A stretch of 28,559 bases of DNA from an uncultured Anaerolinea sp. Lineage in GTDB: Bacteria; Chloroflexota; Anaerolineae; Anaerolineales; Anaerolineaceae. The stretch covers positions 1 through 28,559 of the forward strand of contig CAZWKK010000002.1 of assembly GCA_964634855.1 (NCBI GenBank). The letters run 5' to 3'. The position numbers and the translations under genes were made by a program. Shown here one piece after another: positions 25,734 to 28,559 of this stretch; the first letter of the stretch is position 1; each line of letters starts with the position of its first letter. Under the pieces are notes generated by a model, which was not told where the DNA came from, did no database searches, and was given only the letters and a program-made list of their open reading frames with translations.

Positions 25734-25744
25734 TAATCAGATTA
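25734..25744. promoter_or_regulatory. Candidate operator, copy 2 (TAATC-A-GATTA)
   Basis: Same palindrome as copy 1, between the predicted transcription start and the RBS. Confidence 0.55.
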
Positions 25745-25760
25745 TATTACGGAGATGCGG

Positions 25761-26462
25761 ATGGAAAATCGCAAGCCAACCTTCTCAAGCCTTTCAGAAT
25801 TCTTACAATTCATCGCAGCCACACCTGAAAAAGGGGACAGCCGCATCCCGCCGCTGAATGAATTGAGTCAGATCCTTGGAATTAGCGTTGCCACTTTGCG
25901 TGAGCAATTAGAAGTCGCACGTATGATGGGCATTGTAGAGGTCAAACCCAAAGCCGGTATCCATAAAATGCCCTATTCTTTTAAACCAGCGGTCATCACG
26001 AGCCTGAATTATGCACTGGCATCAGAATCGACCCAATTCGTTCAATACGCCAATCTGCGAAAACACCTTGAGGCCTCTTATTTTATGGAAGCAGTCAAGC
26101 TGATGACGCCAGAAGACAAAAATGAAATGGAAGCCATTGTGGCGCGCGCGGAAGAGAAACTCAGCAGACGTCCGGCGGTGGTTCCTACAGTGGAACATCA
26201 CGATTTTCACATGCTCATCTACAAGCGCCTGGAAAACCCATTCGTGATCGGTCTATTGGAAGCCTACTGGGAATTGTATAAGGCCGCTGGGTTTGAGATC
26301 TATCCAGATATGGATTATGTAAATCGCATCTGGCAATATCATCGAAAATCGGTTGAGCTGATCAAAGCCCAGAATTACGAAGAAGCTCACAGGTCTTTGA
26401 TGGAACACATGGAATTGATCACTTTACGCGAAAAGAAAGTGCCCCGACAATCTTTTGAATAA
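25761..26462 (+). CDS. GntR/FadR-family transcriptional regulator
   Basis: RIPPLNELSQILGISVATLREQL...GIVEVKPKAG wHTH, and an FCD-like C-terminus (RKHLE, HHDFHMLI...NPF, YHRKSVELI, MEHME). Start placed at 25761 because GGAG is at 25751-54; ATG 25755 is the alternative. Confidence 0.9.
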   Translation: MENRKPTFSSLSEFLQFIAATPEKGDSRIPPLNELSQILGISVATLREQLEVARMMGIVEVKPKAGIHKMPYSFKPAVITSLNYALASESTQFVQYANLRKHLEASYFMEAVKLMTPEDKNEMEAIVARAEEKLSRRPAVVPTVEHHDFHMLIYKRLENPFVIGLLEAYWELYKAAGFEIYPDMDYVNRIWQYHRKSVELIKAQNYEEAHRSLMEHMELITLREKKVPRQSFE

Positions 26463-26496
26463 GTCTGACAAATCCAAATTTACTGGAGAAGCTTTG

Positions 26497-28308
26497 ATGG
26501 AAAGTCAAAATTCGATCGTAAATGATTTTTGTATCACTTTTAGTACGGTGAATGGTTCGGGAAGCGCGACCGCCAATACAACGATCATGCGGGCTCTCTT
26601 TAAGATGGGCATCCCGGTCTCTGGAAAAAACATATTTCCTTCCAATATTCAGGGTCAACCCACCTGGTACACTCTGAGGGTCAGCAATAAGGGGTATCTG
26701 GCCCGGGTTGAGAAAGACGATATCATCGTTGCCATGAATGCCTCCACACTGGCCAGAGAGATCAGCTTTCTGGACAAAGGTGGTGTTTTACTCATTCCGG
26801 ATGATTTCAAGGTAAGCGAGATCCGTGACGACATTGTAGTTTATCCCATGCCGGTGAAGAAGCTTATCCGTGAGGCTGAAGTTCCACCGTCTTTGCGAGA
26901 TTACATCGCCAATATGGTCTATGTTGGGGTAGTCGCTTGGTTGCTAGGCATCGATCTTGAAATGATCCGCCAAGCGCTTGATTTCCATTTTAAAGGTAAA
27001 CAAAAAGCGATCGATTCCAATTTCAACACAGTTAAAGCGGCTTTTGATTGGGCGAATGAAAACCTGGTCAAGAAAGATCCGTATAAGGTTGAGAAATTGG
27101 CGCCTCTTGATGGCTACATTTTGTCTGATGGGAACACCGCATCAGCATTGGGCGCCATCTATGGCGGTGTGCAATTCGCTGCCTGGTACCCAATCACCCC
27201 TGCAACCAGTTTGGCTGAGTCTTTGAGCGAGTATGTTCCACTGTTACGCAAAGACCCTGAGACTGGTAAAGACACCTGTGTGATCGTTCAATCAGAAGAT
27301 GAATTGGCGGCTATTGGTATGGCCATTGGGGCAGGATGGGGAGGGCTGAGAGCCATGACCTCGACCTCTGGTCCGGGAATTTCTTTGATGTCTGAGTACA
27401 TTGGTCTGGCGTACTTCGCTGAAGTGCCTGTGGTGATCTGGGACGTGCAGCGGGTTGGTCCGAGCACGGGAATGCCCACACGTACTGCCCAGGGAGATCT
27501 GACCCAGGTCAACTTTATCAGCCATGGTGATACGCAGATGATCACCCTCATACCTGGATCCATCAACGAATGTTTTGATTTTGGCTGGAAGGCTTTTGAT
27601 ATTGCAGAACGATTGCAGACTCCTGTGGTGGTTTTGACGGATCTTGATTTCGGAATGAATCAATGGATCGCCAAGAACTTTGACTATCCGGATGTTCCCA
27701 TGGATCGGGGTAAGATCCTTTGGGAAGCTGAACTGGATGCGAAAATCAAGGAATGGAACAATACTTGGGGACGCTATTTGGATGTAGATGGAGATGGCAT
27801 CCCTTATCGCACATTACCAGGCAACACTGACCCGCGCAGCGCGTATTTTGCCCGTGGTACCAGCCACGATGAATATGCCAAGTATTCTGAGTCTCCTGAA
27901 GTATGGGAACGCGTCTTTGAACGAATTGGCAAGAAATTCCAGACTGCGCTTCAATACATCCCGAGGGCAGAAGTTCAAACCATGCCTGAGGCCAAGATCG
28001 GCATCATCGCTTCAGGATCTGCACACCCTGCTGTGGAAGAGGCACGTGATATGCTGGCAGCTCAAGGCTACAAGACCGATTATCTGCGCGTTCGCAGCAT
28101 TCCCTTTGGGGAAGAGGTTAAAGAGTTCCTGGCAGCCCATAAGCAGGTCTTTATTGTGGAACTCAATCGTGATGGGCAGATGAAACAATTGCTTACCATA
28201 GACTTTCCGGAATTCGCCGGGAAAATGGTCAAAACCGCCCATATGGATGGCTTGCCCTTAACGGCCAAATGGGTGTACCAACAAATATTATCCAAAGAGG
28301 AGAAATAA
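26497..28308 (+). CDS. 2-oxoacid:ferredoxin (acceptor) oxidoreductase, alpha subunit (gamma-alpha fusion); substrate not assignable
   Basis: Start placed at 26497 (MESQNS) behind GGAG. VNGSGSATAN, YPITPAT, QSEDELAAIGMAIGA, TSTSGPGISLM, QRVGPSTGMPT, VELNRDGQM. Confidence 0.95.
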   Translation: MESQNSIVNDFCITFSTVNGSGSATANTTIMRALFKMGIPVSGKNIFPSNIQGQPTWYTLRVSNKGYLARVEKDDIIVAMNASTLAREISFLDKGGVLLIPDDFKVSEIRDDIVVYPMPVKKLIREAEVPPSLRDYIANMVYVGVVAWLLGIDLEMIRQALDFHFKGKQKAIDSNFNTVKAAFDWANENLVKKDPYKVEKLAPLDGYILSDGNTASALGAIYGGVQFAAWYPITPATSLAESLSEYVPLLRKDPETGKDTCVIVQSEDELAAIGMAIGAGWGGLRAMTSTSGPGISLMSEYIGLAYFAEVPVVIWDVQRVGPSTGMPTRTAQGDLTQVNFISHGDTQMITLIPGSINECFDFGWKAFDIAERLQTPVVVLTDLDFGMNQWIAKNFDYPDVPMDRGKILWEAELDAKIKEWNNTWGRYLDVDGDGIPYRTLPGNTDPRSAYFARGTSHDEYAKYSESPEVWERVFERIGKKFQTALQYIPRAEVQTMPEAKIGIIASGSAHPAVEEARDMLAAQGYKTDYLRVRSIPFGEEVKEFLAAHKQVFIVELNRDGQMKQLLTIDFPEFAGKMVKTAHMDGLPLTAKWVYQQILSKEEK

Positions 28309-28309
28309 C

Positions 28310-28559
28310 ATGGAACAACAACCAGTTGCTTCTCAAGGGGTACAGCCAACCAATAAAGCGGGGCTGACGCGCAATGATTATCGTGGCGCACCTTCCACGC
28401 TTTGTCAGGGATGCGGTCATAACGGCATTGCAGCGCAGATCGTGGCCGCCTGCTACGAGATGGACCTGGTCCCCGAAAAAGTGGTGAAATTTAGCGGTAT
28501 TGGCTGTTCCAGTAAAAGCCCTACTTACTTTTTGGGCAGATCTTTTAGCTTCAATGGCC
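28310..28559 (+). CDS. 2-oxoacid:ferredoxin oxidoreductase, beta subunit, 3'-partial
   Basis: Not in the ORF track. Translated by hand from ATG 28310 (RBS GAGGAG): MEQQPVASQGVQPTNKAGLTRNDYRGAPSTLCQGCGHNGIAAQIVAACYEMDLVPEKVVKFSGIGCSSKSPTYFLGRSFSFNG, containing CxGCG and SGIGCS. Confidence 0.93.
   Translation, partial: MEQQPVASQGVQPTNKAGLTRNDYRGAPSTLCQGCGHNGIAAQIVAACYEMDLVPEKVVKFSGIGCSSKSPTYFLGRSFSFNG

Noticed and set aside
1-28559. tRNA/rRNA genes, IS elements, prophage, integrase
   Set aside because: Intergenic gaps are short and accounted for, and no such motifs were seen.

Overview
A ~28.6 kb chromosomal window of mostly housekeeping and redox genes. The gene content suggests an anaerobic bacterium; Anaerolineae/Chloroflexota is my guess from protein resemblance and is not verified. 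Left to right: a very large TPR protein (5' end outside the window) coupled to a TPR + C25/clan CD cysteine peptidase; alaS; a minus-strand block of metallophosphoesterase, isochorismatase-family hydrolase and gcvH-gcvPA-gcvPB (no gcvT) under a tandem glycine riboswitch with its own attenuator; an MFS transporter; a membrane-anchored hypothetical; glmS preceded by a variant glmS ribozyme with two extra hairpins in its core; a Cys-free SufR-like HTH regulator divergent from an operon nuoB-nuoCD-nuoI-(small Cys4 protein)-mrp-(PSP1/RicT)-(PIG-L); and a GntR/FadR regulator in front of 2-oxoacid:ferredoxin oxidoreductase alpha and beta (beta cut by the window edge). Best candidates for undescribed biology: (1) a complex I Q-module with no membrane or NADH subunits, co-encoded with an Mrp ATPase lacking its CxxC cluster motif and a small CxxC-x10-CxxC protein that could supply it in trans; (2) the glmS ribozyme core variant; (3) a putatively cytoplasmic TPR-gated C25 protease pair. 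No tRNA, rRNA, CRISPR array or mobile element was seen. All family assignments are by motif recognition; no database search was run.
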